Assembly: GCA_050945135.1 (NCBI GenBank) | Contig: JBMNSJ010000002.1 | Coordinates: forward strand, 6,798-70,797 | DNA from: Raoultibacter sp. | GTDB taxonomy: Bacteria; Actinomycetota; Coriobacteriia; Coriobacteriales; Eggerthellaceae | DNA: 64,000 nucleotides | Direction: 5' to 3' | Part shown: positions 1-10,196 of the stretch, one piece after another | Layout: each line of letters opens with the position of its first letter | Position numbering within the stretch: the first letter of the stretch is position 1 | Program-made: the position numbers and the translations under genes | Notes under the pieces: generated by a model | What the model saw: only the letters and a program-made list of their open reading frames with translations | Told to the model about the DNA's origin: nothing | Databases searched by the model: none

Positions 1-545
1 TGGATATCGGTTGGGCACGTGACGGTCGCTACGATCTTTCGATAGACGACTATCTGGTTATGGCTACCCACAAAACAGCTTATTATTCTGGAGCTGTACC
101 TTTGGCAGTGGGAGCCCTCATTGGCGGCGCAGAAGAAAAAGAAATTGAAGCCCTGCGTGCGTACGGGCTCGATACGGGTCTTGCCTTCCAAATTCAAGAC
201 GATTTGCTTAACTTAATCGGCACAAAAGAAAGCACTGAGAAAGATTTCCGAAACGACATCACAGAAGGCAAACGTACCCTGGTTGTCGTTCATGCTTTAA
301 AGCACGCTGGCGAGATTGACCGAGCACGCTTGATAACAATTCTTTCTTCCAAAGAAAAAAACCAGGATGTACTCGCTGAGGCAGTTGACATCATGCATCG
401 ATCAGGCAGTATCGAATATGCACGCGCTTACGCCGAGAAGCTTACTTCTGGGGCAAAGCAGGCGCTTGTCGAGCACATTCAGGCTTCCCCGGCACGTGAT
501 TTGCTTATCTCGATGGCTGATTGGTTTGTCAATCGTTTGAAGTAA
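1..545 (+). CDS. trans-polyprenyl diphosphate synthase, C-terminal part (5' end lies upstream of the window)
   Basis: The frame is open from base 3 to the TAA at 543-545. It contains the second Asp-rich motif FQIQDDLLN typical of isoprenyl diphosphate synthases. Confidence 0.85.
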   Translation, partial: DIGWARDGRYDLSIDDYLVMATHKTAYYSGAVPLAVGALIGGAEEKEIEALRAYGLDTGLAFQIQDDLLNLIGTKESTEKDFRNDITEGKRTLVVVHALKHAGEIDRARLITILSSKEKNQDVLAEAVDIMHRSGSIEYARAYAEKLTSGAKQALVEHIQASPARDLLISMADWFVNRLK

Positions 546-591
546 GTGCAGCGAGCATTTATTTGCTTGTCCTTCAGGCTACAATGAGACT

Positions 592-1482
592 ATGAAAGCT
601 ATTCAATTACATGATAAAGGCGCTGCCGTTGAAGACGTGCAAAACCGTCTTGCTACTCTTGGTTTTTTCGAAAAAGACGAGGTAGATGGCGTTTTTGGCG
701 AAAAGACTGCTGATGCTGTTGCCGCCTTCTGCGTTCAATATAATCTTGAAGAGAAAAAGATTGTAGATGACAAGGTTTGGGCATCTCTTGTGGATGCGAC
801 CTTCCGCCTTGGCGACAGAACACTCTATCTTCATATGCCGTATTTTCATGGTAACGATGTGCTCGAGTTGCAACATGCGCTCAACGCACTGGGCTTCGCC
901 TGCGGTTCGCTTGATGGAATTTTCGGGGCGCATACCGAGTCTGCCTTGCGTAAATTTCAGCTGAATATGGGATTGCCTTCTGATGGTATTGCCGGTGCTT
1001 ATACCTTTGCATCAATTAATAACCTTCATCATTCTTGGGAAGGAAAGAACGCGGCACCAGCTGCAAAGCTCGGTTTTGCGCGCGCAGCTGACGTTTTGGA
1101 ACAGAATGCACTCTGTCTTTTTGGCACCGGAGAGTTTACGCGAGAAGTGGCTTCCCGTATGTCAAACCTGGCACTTGCTACTAATCCTGCTTCAAAGATA
1201 CTGAGCGCCGATTCTCTTTTGGTTCCTCCAGGAGAGTCTATGCTCATGGTTCATATTGTTGTGCCGGAAGAAAAAAGCGATTCAACTGTGCCGCGAGTTG
1301 TTTTTGAGGAAGAGGCAAGTCTTGCTCTTCGCCTCAGAACTGCTCTTGAGGCAATGGATACAAAAAACTCACGTATTTCGCTCGAGCTCCCCGGTACTAC
1401 ATGGGAGGATGCTGGTTTTGGACGTTCTGCCCAGCACTACGCCATCACTCTTCTTGACGCACTTTGTTCTGCTTTGTCCTAG
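592..1482 (+). CDS. Protein with two N-terminal peptidoglycan-binding (PG_binding_1-like) repeats and an uncharacterised C-terminal half
   Basis: Two repeats of the pattern G..V..LQ..L..LGF....DG.FG..T..A...FQ (KGAAVEDVQNRLATLGF...DGVFGEKTADAV and NDVLELQHALNALGF...DGIFGAHTESALRKFQ). No obvious signal peptide or TM helix. Confidence 0.7.
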   Translation: MKAIQLHDKGAAVEDVQNRLATLGFFEKDEVDGVFGEKTADAVAAFCVQYNLEEKKIVDDKVWASLVDATFRLGDRTLYLHMPYFHGNDVLELQHALNALGFACGSLDGIFGAHTESALRKFQLNMGLPSDGIAGAYTFASINNLHHSWEGKNAAPAAKLGFARAADVLEQNALCLFGTGEFTREVASRMSNLALATNPASKILSADSLLVPPGESMLMVHIVVPEEKSDSTVPRVVFEEEASLALRLRTALEAMDTKNSRISLELPGTTWEDAGFGRSAQHYAITLLDALCSALS

Positions 1483-1686
1483 AGTTCTTAAAGCATCAAC
1501 AGGCAAAAACGAGTCACGAAATGCCCAGAATGAGCTTCTTTTTTACATTTCAGTACAATTTGTCTAGATTTACCAGCAAATCCCTATACTGGTTCTAGAA
1601 AAGATACGTCCTTCTGGCTCAGTGTATACCCAGGTCTTCATTGATTCAGAAGGACAAATATCCCTCTCTTAGAAAGTAGGTTCAAC

Positions 1687-2040
1687 ATGGCAGATTCTCA
1701 AAATCCGCAAGAGGCTCCTGTGCCTCAACCACAGCCCCAGCCACAACCACAGCCACAGCCGCAACCCCAGCCTGCGTATTATCCACAGGCGCAAGCTCCT
1801 CTCTTGATGGAGTTAAGTGGGGGAATGAAATTTGGATGGCTGGTTGTTGGCATCTTAATGGGAATCCCTGGCATTCTTATTGCGTGGCTCTCCAATGCAG
1901 GCAATGTTGACAAGGTCAGAAGTGACGCTGTTAAGTTTGCCGTTATCGGTATGGTAGTCAATATCGTCTTGGCGCTCTTTGTAACCTTTACCTTCGGGGC
2001 AATGCTCGCAAGCATTGCAAGCTACGCGTCATACTACTAA
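1687..2040 (+). CDS. Small membrane protein with an N-terminal (Pro-Gln)n repeat and two predicted TM helices
   Basis: 117-aa ORF. It has a PQPQPQPQPQPQPQPQP tract followed by two hydrophobic stretches (FGWLVVGILMGIPGILIAWL and FAVIGMVVNIVLALFVTFTFGAML). A terminator-like hairpin lies downstream. Confidence 0.55.
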   Translation: MADSQNPQEAPVPQPQPQPQPQPQPQPQPAYYPQAQAPLLMELSGGMKFGWLVVGILMGIPGILIAWLSNAGNVDKVRSDAVKFAVIGMVVNIVLALFVTFTFGAMLASIASYASYY

Positions 2041-2114
2041 GCCACAAAGTGGTCTAGTAGAAGGGGTGAATGGACAATTTCACTCGCAAATTGATTTGAA
2101 AGTAGTGTTTTCGC

Positions 2115-2150
2115 AAAACGAGTCTCAGAAATGGGGCTCGTTTTGTTTCT
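2115..2150 (+). terminator. Putative intrinsic terminator after the PQ-repeat gene
   Basis: aaaacgag (2115-2122) pairs with ctcgtttt (2137-2144), followed by a T-rich gtttct. The loop is fairly long, so this is only moderate. Confidence 0.45.
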
Positions 2151-2214
2151 GGTGGTACAATGGGGAGCCGAATAATCAATGAGAAGAGTAACAACGAAGC
2201 ATGAAGGAGCGGGT

Positions 2215-3483
2215 ATGGCGGGTTCGATGACGATGGCGGAGAAAATTCTGGCGGCGCACGCTGGTCTCGATGAAGTTCGACCTGGGCAATTGATTGAGTG
2301 TGAGCTCGATTTAGTATTGTCAAACGATGTGACTGCTCCCATTGCCATTAGCGAAATGAAAAAAATTGGGGTTAAGAAAGTTTTCGATCCCACAAAAATA
2401 GCTCTTGTACCCGATCACTACGTTCCCAACAAAGACATTAAAAGTGCCGAGCAGGCAAAGATTGTGCGTGATTTCGCGCGCGAGCAAGGCATTACTCATT
2501 ACTATGAAGTGGGCTGCATGGGTGTCGAGCATGCCCTTTTACCCGAGCAGGGCGTTGTCGGTGCAGGAGACCTTATTATCGGCTCCGACTCTCATACCTG
2601 TACTTATGGAGCCTTAGGTGCTTTCGCTACCGGCGTTGGGTCGACAGATGCTGCCGTAGGCTACGCTACAGGTAAAGTTTGGATGAAGGTTCCCGAGAGC
2701 TTGCTTTTTGAAATCGACGGGCAGCTTGCGCCGGGAGTTACCGGAAAAGATATCATCCTCCACATCATTGGCATGATTGGCGTTGACGGAGCGCTTTATC
2801 AAGCAATGGAATTCAGGGGAAGCGCTATCAGTTCGCTTTCTATGGAAGGGCGCATGTCAATCTCGAATATGGCAATTGAGGCAGGTGGAAAAGTCGGTCT
2901 CATCGAAGTTGACGAGGTTACGCGTGCCTACATGGACGGCAGAGTCGAGCGTCCCTACACCGAGTACCACTCGGATCCAGATGCGCAGTATGCAAAGGTG
3001 TATAAGATTGCAGCAGAAGACATCGTGCCTACGGTGGCTTTCCCTCATCTTCCCTCTAATACGCGGCCTGTTGCTGAGGCGCGACATGTCACTATCGATC
3101 AATCGATAATTGGTTCTTGCACAAACGGTCGCATCGAGGACATGAGGCAAGCTGCTGAGGTTTTGCGGGGGCGCAGCGTTCATCCTCACGTTCGTTGCAT
3201 TGTAATTCCAGCAACGCAGCAGGTGTTCCAACAATGTATCGCCGAGGGCCTGATGGACGTTTTCATCGATGCAAAATGTGCAGTTTCGACTCCCACTTGT
3301 GGTCCGTGTTTGGGAGGATATATGGGCATTTTGGCAGCAGGCGAGCGCTCCATTGCCACCACCAATAGAAACTTCGTTGGCCGTATGGGAGACCCCACTT
3401 CAGAGGTGTATCTTTCATCGCCAGCAGTCGCTGCAGCCAGTGCGGTTCTTGGGCACATCGGACTGCCGCAGGATTTGAATTAG
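2215..3483 (+). CDS. leuC: 3-isopropylmalate dehydratase (aconitase-family) large subunit
   Basis: Aconitase-family motifs ([23 protein letters not shown]). Start moved to ATG 2215, which sits 5 nt after a GAAGGAG RBS; the track ORF starts at 2179. Followed by leuD and leuB. Confidence 0.9.
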   Translation: MAGSMTMAEKILAAHAGLDEVRPGQLIECELDLVLSNDVTAPIAISEMKKIGVKKVFDPTKIALVPDHYVPNKDIKSAEQAKIVRDFAREQGITHYYEVGCMGVEHALLPEQGVVGAGDLIIGSDSHTCTYGALGAFATGVGSTDAAVGYATGKVWMKVPESLLFEIDGQLAPGVTGKDIILHIIGMIGVDGALYQAMEFRGSAISSLSMEGRMSISNMAIEAGGKVGLIEVDEVTRAYMDGRVERPYTEYHSDPDAQYAKVYKIAAEDIVPTVAFPHLPSNTRPVAEARHVTIDQSIIGSCTNGRIEDMRQAAEVLRGRSVHPHVRCIVIPATQQVFQQCIAEGLMDVFIDAKCAVSTPTCGPCLGGYMGILAAGERSIATTNRNFVGRMGDPTSEVYLSSPAVAAASAVLGHIGLPQDLN

Positions 3484-3493
3484 GAGAAATAGC

Positions 3494-3991
3494 ATGCAGT
3501 TTTCTGGAGTAGTACATCGTTATGGGCGAGATGTCGACACAGATGTAATCATCCCAGCTCGTTATCTTAATACCTCTGATCCCGCAGAGTTAGCAAAGCA
3601 TTGCATGGAGGATCTTGATACGAGTTTTGTTGAGAAGGTGAACGCTGGTGACATCATTGTTGCTGAAGAAAACTTCGGCTGCGGTTCTTCGAGAGAGCAC
3701 GCGCCAATTGCTATCAAGGCAGCAGGAGTTGATGTGGTTATCGTAAAAAGCTTTGCGAGAATCTTTTACCGCAATGCAATCAACACAGGGCTCGCCATTC
3801 TTGAGTGTCCCGAAGCGGTAGATGCCATCAAGGATGGCGATACGGTATGTGTCGACGTGGATAGCGGTCTTATCACCAACGAAAGTACAGGCAAAACATT
3901 TCAGGCAGAGCCTTTTCCACCCTTCATTAAAGAGATTATCGAGGTAGGCGGCTTAATCAGTCGTACTCGAAAAGTGCTTGGGAAGGAATAA
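3494..3991 (+). CDS. leuD: 3-isopropylmalate dehydratase small subunit
   Basis: 165 aa with the GCGSSREHA motif of aconitase swivel-domain subunits. Starts 10 nt after leuC. Confidence 0.9.
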   Translation: MQFSGVVHRYGRDVDTDVIIPARYLNTSDPAELAKHCMEDLDTSFVEKVNAGDIIVAEENFGCGSSREHAPIAIKAAGVDVVIVKSFARIFYRNAINTGLAILECPEAVDAIKDGDTVCVDVDSGLITNESTGKTFQAEPFPPFIKEIIEVGGLISRTRKVLGKE

Positions 3992-3997
3992 GGAGTC

Positions 3998-5104
3998 ATG
4001 CCACAATCCTATGAGATATGTCTCTTGCCTGGTGATGGCATCGGACCTGAGATACTCGCTGAGGGCGTTAAGGTGCTTGACACAGTGGGCACAAAATACA
4101 ACACAAGCTTTACCTATAGCGAAGCTTTGATTGGCGGTTGCGCAATCGATGAGACCGGCGAGGCGCTTCCTGCCGAAACGATTGAGACGGCAAAGGCAGC
4201 CGATGCGGTACTTCTTGCCGCAGTTGGTGGTCCAAAATGGGATACGACCGACCCTAACAAACCTCGTCCCGAACAAGGCCTTTTAGGGATCAGAAAAGAG
4301 CTGGGTCTCTTTGCTAATTTACGCCCCGCCAAAGTGTATGAGGCGCTTATCGATGCCTCTTCGCTGAAAAAGGAAATTGTCGCATGTGTCGATGTTCTCA
4401 TCGTGCGCGAGCTTACTGGTGGTCTTTACTTTGGTGCTCGCGAGCGGTGTTATGACGAGGCGGGCTGTGGACCAGAAGGTGCTCCCGGCCAGCGTGCACT
4501 TGATACCCTCGAATACCGAGAATATGAGATTGAGCGTATTGTGCGACATGCCTTTGAGGCGGCGCTCACACGAGGCAAAAAGGTTCATTCAATCGACAAG
4601 GCAAACGTGCTGGAGTCAAGCCGTTTGTGGCGCGAAGTTGCTCATCAAGTTGCGGCTGATTATCCAGACGTAGAGCTCATTGATATGCTCGTCGATAATG
4701 CAGCGATGCAGCTCATTAACAACCCTCGTCAGTTTGATGTGGTGGTTACCGAAAACATGTTTGGAGATATCCTTTCAGATGAGGCTTCCATGATTACCGG
4801 CTCTCTTGGTATGCTGGCGAGTGCAAGCCTGGGCAAAAGTTCTGCTCTTTATGAGCCAAGTCATGGCAGCGCTCCTGATATCGCGGGGCAGGGCATAGCT
4901 AACCCCCTGGCACAGATTCTTTCTGTCGAGATGATGCTGCGTTACAGCTTTGGCATGAACGAGGCTGCAAATGATTTGAATGAAGCGATTGCGGCAGTTC
5001 TTAATCAGGGTTGGCGAACGGGAGACATAGCTGCAGCTGATACCCCTGCCGATAGAATCGTTGGCACGGTGGGTATGGGTGATTTAGTTGCGGAAAATAT
5101 TTAG
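3998..5104 (+). CDS. leuB: 3-isopropylmalate dehydrogenase
   Basis: 368 aa with isocitrate/isopropylmalate dehydrogenase motifs ([39 protein letters not shown]). Sits in the operon with leuCD. Confidence 0.92.
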   Translation: MPQSYEICLLPGDGIGPEILAEGVKVLDTVGTKYNTSFTYSEALIGGCAIDETGEALPAETIETAKAADAVLLAAVGGPKWDTTDPNKPRPEQGLLGIRKELGLFANLRPAKVYEALIDASSLKKEIVACVDVLIVRELTGGLYFGARERCYDEAGCGPEGAPGQRALDTLEYREYEIERIVRHAFEAALTRGKKVHSIDKANVLESSRLWREVAHQVAADYPDVELIDMLVDNAAMQLINNPRQFDVVVTENMFGDILSDEASMITGSLGMLASASLGKSSALYEPSHGSAPDIAGQGIANPLAQILSVEMMLRYSFGMNEAANDLNEAIAAVLNQGWRTGDIAAADTPADRIVGTVGMGDLVAENI

Positions 5105-5126
5105 GGCTTAGAATAGAGGAACGTAC

Positions 5127-6485
5127 ATGGCATTGCAGGCTCCGGAGGGCGCAAAAGATTTATTACCTGATGAGGCAAAGTATTGGGAGATTTTTAGAAA
5201 TACCGCCTATTCAATCTTTAGCAGATATGGATATGTGCAGATAGAAACACCAATTTTCGAGCAAACCGAGCTTTTTGTTCGCGGCATCGGAGAAGCTACC
5301 GACGTTGTTTCGAAAGAAATGTTCCAGGCAGTTTCTGGCGAGAATATGAATAAGCTCATTGCTGGTGAGAAGATTAAGCCAAAAAGCCACTTAAGCCTTC
5401 GCCCTGAGGGCACTGCTGGTGTGGTTCGGGCGGTTGTGCAACATGATTTGGTCCCCCAAGGTGCTGCCCCGGCTAAGCTTATGTATGCAGGTCCCATGTT
5501 TCGCGCCGAGCGCCCACAAAAGGGTCGTCAACGACAGTTTAATCAAGTTGGAATCGAGTGCATCGGTGCAGATGCACCAACGGTTGATGCAGAAGCAATT
5601 ATAATGCTGATTCGCTTCTTTGAAGAAATTGGAATCCCCCGGGAGTCAATGCGCTTACTAGTCAACTCAATGGGCTGTGATGACTGTCGACCCGCTTATC
5701 GCGAGCTGGTAAAGGAGTTCATCCTTGAGCATAAAGAAGATATGTGCGATGAGTGCTTACGCCGCGCTGAAATTAATCCTCTGAGGGCTTTTGATTGTAA
5801 AAATGAGTCGTGCGCAAAAGTTATGGATGGTGCCCCAAAGATTACCGAGCATCTTTGCGATGCTTGTAGCACGCACTATAAGCAAGTAAAGGGCTACCTC
5901 GAGAGCTCCCAGCTGGATTATATTGAGGAATCGCGTTTGGTTCGCGGTCTTGATTATTACACGCGTACCGTATTTGAGGTGCAGGTCATCGAAGGGCTTG
6001 GATCGCAAAATGCTATTGGCGGTGGTGGACGCTACGATAAACTTTCCGAAGAAGTAGGAGGGCGCCCAACTCCTGGTTTAGGTTTTGCTCTTGGTTATGA
6101 GCGCTGTGTATTGGCCCTGCGTGCAACAGGGTTCGAATTTCCTGTAGCTCAAACATGCGATATCTTTATAGCAAGTGTCGACGATTCGGTACGCAGTGCT
6201 GCTTTTAATCTTGCTCGGCAGTGTCGTGATGCGGGCTTGGTGGTTGATCTAGATCATCAGAGTAGAAGCCTGAAAAGCCAGTTTAAGTTAGCAGATAAGC
6301 TTTCTTCGAAGATTGTATGTATCTTAGGTCCCGATGAGCTGGCGAATTCTTCGGTAAAGCTGCGTAATATGGATACGCGCGAAGAAAAGCTGCTGAGCTT
6401 CGATGAGTTGACAAAAGTCTTGCATGCAAGCGCAGACAGCAGTCAGATATGTGTCGAAGCACTGATTAGCCAGGTGTTTGAGTAG
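5127..6485 (+). CDS. hisS: Histidine--tRNA ligase
   Basis: Class II aaRS motifs (FRAERPQKGRQRQFNQ, GGGGRYD) and a C-terminal anticodon-binding domain. Confidence 0.95.
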   Translation: MALQAPEGAKDLLPDEAKYWEIFRNTAYSIFSRYGYVQIETPIFEQTELFVRGIGEATDVVSKEMFQAVSGENMNKLIAGEKIKPKSHLSLRPEGTAGVVRAVVQHDLVPQGAAPAKLMYAGPMFRAERPQKGRQRQFNQVGIECIGADAPTVDAEAIIMLIRFFEEIGIPRESMRLLVNSMGCDDCRPAYRELVKEFILEHKEDMCDECLRRAEINPLRAFDCKNESCAKVMDGAPKITEHLCDACSTHYKQVKGYLESSQLDYIEESRLVRGLDYYTRTVFEVQVIEGLGSQNAIGGGGRYDKLSEEVGGRPTPGLGFALGYERCVLALRATGFEFPVAQTCDIFIASVDDSVRSAAFNLARQCRDAGLVVDLDHQSRSLKSQFKLADKLSSKIVCILGPDELANSSVKLRNMDTREEKLLSFDELTKVLHASADSSQICVEALISQVFE

Positions 6486-6564
6486 GGCCAAGCCAGCTAA
6501 GCCTAGATTTTGCATGAAGTGTAAAGCGGTACCAGCACAAACGAGTTTTCTGGAATATAATAAC

Positions 6565-6590
6565 CACGGTCTTTGAGCGACCGTGATTCT
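6565..6590 (+). terminator. Weak hairpin between hisS and aspS
   Basis: cacggtc (6565-6571) pairs with gaccgtg (6579-6585), 7-nt loop, tail attctt. It has no strong U-tract, so it may only attenuate. Confidence 0.35.
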
Positions 6591-6628
6591 TAATAAACGT
6601 AAGATGAGTCAAGGAGTAATGAAGCTGT

Positions 6629-8407
6629 ATGAGCGATTTCATGAATGAGTACTGTACCCATACGCACACCTGCGGACAGCTGCGTAAAGAAGATGTTGGC
6701 ACGGAGGTTGTTTTGTGTGGCTGGGTGTGGCATAACCGCGATCATGGAGGGCTCATTTTCGTAGATCTTAGGGACCGTGCTGGATATACACAATGCGTTA
6801 TCGATCCAGACTGTGTCAATGCAGATGATTTTGGCGTTGCTGAGCATCTTGGTCGGGAGTGGGTTATTGAGGTTACCGGCTCAGTGCGTGCGCGTACCGA
6901 AGACGTGGTAAACCCCAACATGCTTACCGGCGAGATTGAAGTTGTCGCTTCGTTAATCAAGGTACTCAATACCTCAAACACGCCTCCTTTCTCTATAGAA
7001 GATGGTATCGAAACCGATGAGACCACTCGCATGAAGTGGCGTTATTTAGATATTCGCCGTCCAGAAATGCTTGAGAATCTTAAGCTTCGTCACACCATCA
7101 CTACCGCGATGCGCTCAGCGCTTAACAAGCGTGAGTTCCTCGAGGTCGAAACACCTATTCTCGCGAAATCAACTCCTGAAGGAGCGCGCGATTATATTGT
7201 TCCTTCCCGCCCTAATCCGGGTAAGTTCTATGCGCTTCCGCAAAGCCCTCAGCTTCTCAAGCAGATGCTTATGGTGGGTGGCGTCGAGCGCTATTACCAG
7301 ATAGCGCGCTGTTTCCGCGATGAAGACTTGCGTGCAGATCGTCAGCCAGAGTTTACTCAAGTCGATATTGAGATGAGCTTTGTAACGCAAGATGACATTA
7401 TGAGCTTGATGGAAGATGCAATGGCTGAGGTATTTGAGGCTGTTGGCATTAAGCACGAGTTTCCGCTTACGCGTATGGAATACGCGGAGTCGATGGAGCG
7501 TTTCGGAAACGATCGCCCCGATACCCGCTTTGGCATGGAGCTGGTTGATTTAACCGAAGTTGTTCGCGACTGTGGCTTTAAAGTCTTTTCCTCTGTTGCA
7601 CAATCTGGCGGGGTAGTGAAAGCTATTAATGCCCGTGGTGCGGGTGATTGGAGCCGCGGCGAGGTTGAGAAGTTGGCGGATATTGCTTCAGAGAATGGCG
7701 CAAAGGGAATGGCATGGATTGCGTTTACAAGCGACGGCCAGGAAAAAAGCCCCATCATCAAGTTCTTTAGCGACGAAGAATTTGCAGCAATGAAGCAAGC
7801 CCTCGATACGCAGCCGGGTGATTTGATTTTATTCGCTGCTGATACATACGAGGTTGCAAGTGCCGTGCTCTCTGCCTTGCGCCTTCATATGGCTAATGCT
7901 TTGGGTGTTGAGCGCTCAGAGCACTCACTGATGTGGGTAGTGAATTTCCCCTTATTTAAATATGACAAGGATGAAGATCGCTATGCCGCCGAGCATCATC
8001 CTTTTACGCTTGTGCGTGAAGAGGATCTTGACAAGATTGAAACTGATCCGTTGCAATGCGGTAGCTACTCCTACGACTTAATTATGGACGGCTTCGAAGT
8101 TGGCGGCGGTACAATGCGTATCCACAACGAAGAACTGCAACGTCAGGTTCTTCGTAAGATCGGGTTAAGCGACGAAGAGATTAACGAGAAATTTGGATAC
8201 CTTATTGAGGCTCTCGGTTTAGGTGCGCCTCCGCATGGCGGCATTGCTTTGGGTCTCGACCGCTTGGTTATGCTGTGTGCTGGTAAAGATTCCATTCGCG
8301 ACGTTATTGCCTTCCCGAAGACAAGCTCGGCATCAGATCCTATGACTGAGGCACCAGATCGAGTTAGCGCCCGCCAGCTCAAAGAAGTTGGTTTGCGTAT
8401 CCTCTAG
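6629..8407 (+). CDS. aspS: Aspartate--tRNA ligase (bacterial type with insertion domain)
   Basis: 592 aa with QSPQLLKQ, FRDEDLRADRQPEFTQ and GLDRLVM motifs. It immediately follows hisS, as in many Gram-positives. Confidence 0.95.
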   Translation: MSDFMNEYCTHTHTCGQLRKEDVGTEVVLCGWVWHNRDHGGLIFVDLRDRAGYTQCVIDPDCVNADDFGVAEHLGREWVIEVTGSVRARTEDVVNPNMLTGEIEVVASLIKVLNTSNTPPFSIEDGIETDETTRMKWRYLDIRRPEMLENLKLRHTITTAMRSALNKREFLEVETPILAKSTPEGARDYIVPSRPNPGKFYALPQSPQLLKQMLMVGGVERYYQIARCFRDEDLRADRQPEFTQVDIEMSFVTQDDIMSLMEDAMAEVFEAVGIKHEFPLTRMEYAESMERFGNDRPDTRFGMELVDLTEVVRDCGFKVFSSVAQSGGVVKAINARGAGDWSRGEVEKLADIASENGAKGMAWIAFTSDGQEKSPIIKFFSDEEFAAMKQALDTQPGDLILFAADTYEVASAVLSALRLHMANALGVERSEHSLMWVVNFPLFKYDKDEDRYAAEHHPFTLVREEDLDKIETDPLQCGSYSYDLIMDGFEVGGGTMRIHNEELQRQVLRKIGLSDEEINEKFGYLIEALGLGAPPHGGIALGLDRLVMLCAGKDSIRDVIAFPKTSSASDPMTEAPDRVSARQLKEVGLRIL

Positions 8408-8555
8408 GCTCTCGCGCTCTTTACCTCCTTATCGTTTTTTGCCTTGTAAACAGGACAGACGATTGTTACGGTTAGGTCACAGTGCCGTTATTTGGTTGGT
8501 AATACGTTACCTTAGATAGGTCGATTGTTCTTACGAACGGGAAGGGGTTTAAAGA

Positions 8556-8774
8556 ATGGCAAAGAAAAAGAAAACAAAGCCAGAAGAGATTGCTGCAAAA
8601 GCTCATAAGGATGCGATAAAGCTTGAGGCAAAGGCAGAAAAAGCGGTTAAGGATGCTCAGAAAAAAGTGAGCAAACTCAGCAAAAAAGAGAAGGCACGCT
8701 TTGAGAAACCTGTTGCGACCAAAAAAGATCAAGCTGTTAAAGCCGTAAAGAAAAAGGCTCCTAAGAAAAAATAA
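8556..8774 (+). CDS. Small, extremely Lys/Ala-rich basic protein (function unknown)
   Basis: 72-aa ORF preceded by GGAAGGGG and followed by a strong terminator at 8800-8829. The composition is low-complexity, so the coding call rests mainly on these flanking signals. Confidence 0.5.
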   Translation: MAKKKKTKPEEIAAKAHKDAIKLEAKAEKAVKDAQKKVSKLSKKEKARFEKPVATKKDQAVKAVKKKAPKKK

Positions 8775-8799
8775 CAGCTAGCTCGATAAAAGATTATTC

Positions 8800-8829
8800 G
8801 GACGTCATCAAAGGTGGCGTCCTTTTTTT
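8800..8829 (+). terminator. Rho-independent terminator
   Basis: ggacgtcat (8800-8808) pairs with gtggcgtcc (8814-8822), giving a 9-bp stem with two G.U pairs and a 5-nt loop, followed by T7 (8823-8829). Confidence 0.85.
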
Positions 8830-8866
8830 GCCACAGCCAAAAGATCGATAGTGCGTGACTTTCGGC

Positions 8867-10015
8867 TTATAGTCGTACCGAACGGAAGCTGTCGTAGCTA
8901 AGTTTGCTCATGCCAAAAATCTCTTTGGTAATTGTTTCGTTTTCTTCAAGCACAACGGCATATATCAAAAAGTCGTCCCAAACGATAAGAGCTTCCTTTT
9001 CGGCCTGAGAAAGGTTTGAGAAATCTCGGATAAAGTTTTTCATGCCCGCAATTTGCTCAGTAACGATAAAGCCTTGATCGGTTCGCTCTACCGACGTCAA
9101 GAATTTCTTGGAAACCACGATGGTTTTAATCAATACCGCAAGGGGCAGTATGAAGGCTGCAAAGAGGAGCACGCCTGCAACAAGAAGCACGAGCAGCTGC
9201 GTAGCCATAACGGGATCGACGATGAGGTATTCAATTTGCTCATAGAGCGTGAGGTTTTCGGTGGGGATTGCGGCTAAATAGGCATCTATCTTGTCAAAGT
9301 CTAGTACAACTGTCGTAACTATAACAGTCGATAGCAAAAGTAGAATCGACCCGAGGCATCCTAGAAAACAACCTTTTGGAGCCGTGTTCTTTTGGTCTTT
9401 GTAGTGCTTGAGCAAGCCTGTGCTCTCTCCCTCACTACGTGCTTCTTGGAGAGCTAGGTCTTTCCAGAGGGCTAGCCCATCTTGCGTAAAACCACCTCGT
9501 TCCAGTTCATCCAATAATATGAAGTCGCTTTTCTTGAGGTCTGGGTGTTCGCGGTTGCTTACCGTAACGAGATTTCCGGAAAATGAAACAACGCCTTTCA
9601 TGACATATGTGAGGATGAGTGCCGATACGTCTTTTTTCGTCTCAATCTCAAGATCAACCAAAAGACTAATCATGACAGGGGAGAGACCAGTGAGTTTTTC
9701 GCGGTAATAATCTATTCCTTCGACAGCGTGATAGCTGGCGTTCTTGAGAGCGTTTTTCCGTAAGTAGTGGGTGATTGCGCGCCAGATTATAACTAGTGGA
9801 GCTGATAGGAAGGCGGCATACAGAACAAAGAAAAGAGTGATAAAGAGCAGGGCTGAGAGATTGTGTGCATCCAGCGCTCCGGTGAAGTATTCGATAAAAT
9901 TCCCGTTCACAAAAGCTAAATAAAGCAATGCAAGAAGAGGAATCAGCCAAGCTAGCCTATCAAGTAGCTTCCATCGCGCTATTCTTTGAGTTTCGAAACG
10001 CTTATTCTTTTTCAC
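8867..10015 (-). CDS. Multi-pass membrane protein, DUF2207-like
   Basis: 382 aa with several hydrophobic helices. The C-terminal pattern MKNFIRDFSNLSQAEKEALIVWDDFLIYAVVLE resembles the conserved tail of DUF2207 proteins. The family assignment is from memory only. Confidence 0.6.
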   Translation of the reverse strand: MKKNKRFETQRIARWKLLDRLAWLIPLLALLYLAFVNGNFIEYFTGALDAHNLSALLFITLFFVLYAAFLSAPLVIIWRAITHYLRKNALKNASYHAVEGIDYYREKLTGLSPVMISLLVDLEIETKKDVSALILTYVMKGVVSFSGNLVTVSNREHPDLKKSDFILLDELERGGFTQDGLALWKDLALQEARSEGESTGLLKHYKDQKNTAPKGCFLGCLGSILLLLSTVIVTTVVLDFDKIDAYLAAIPTENLTLYEQIEYLIVDPVMATQLLVLLVAGVLLFAAFILPLAVLIKTIVVSKKFLTSVERTDQGFIVTEQIAGMKNFIRDFSNLSQAEKEALIVWDDFLIYAVVLEENETITKEIFGMSKLSYDSFRSVRL

Positions 10016-10134
10016 CGTTGAATCCTTGCCCTACGAACGACCTCGGATAGTATACTGCACAATCTTTGTAATTCAGCTCTTTGGGAGATGCTTTCTGTGC
10101 CGAAAAAGATCCATTCTGAGGAAATGAGGCACGT

Positions 10135-10162
10135 AAAAAACACCCCCCGAACGGAGGGTGTT
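10135..10162 (-). terminator. Rho-independent terminator of hpf
   Basis: The minus strand reads AACACCC-loop-GGGTGTT followed by TTTTTT (plus-strand A6 at 10135-10140). It lies 35 nt downstream of the hpf stop. Confidence 0.75.
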
Positions 10163-10196
10163 AATCTTTGTCGCTCGTATTAAGCGTGCGAAAGCT

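Noticed and set aside
2041-2214. A leucine leader-peptide attenuator upstream of leuC
   Set aside because: The only mini-ORF (ATG 2070, MDNFTRKLI*) has no Leu run. The hairpin at 2115-2144 is better explained as the terminator of the upstream gene.
6486-6628. A T-box leader upstream of aspS
   Set aside because: It contains GCGGTACCAGC, which is superficially like the T-box GGTGGTACCGCG core. However, the region is only 143 nt, lacks a specifier-loop/antiterminator arrangement, and the match is partial. It is more likely a weak inter-cistronic hairpin.
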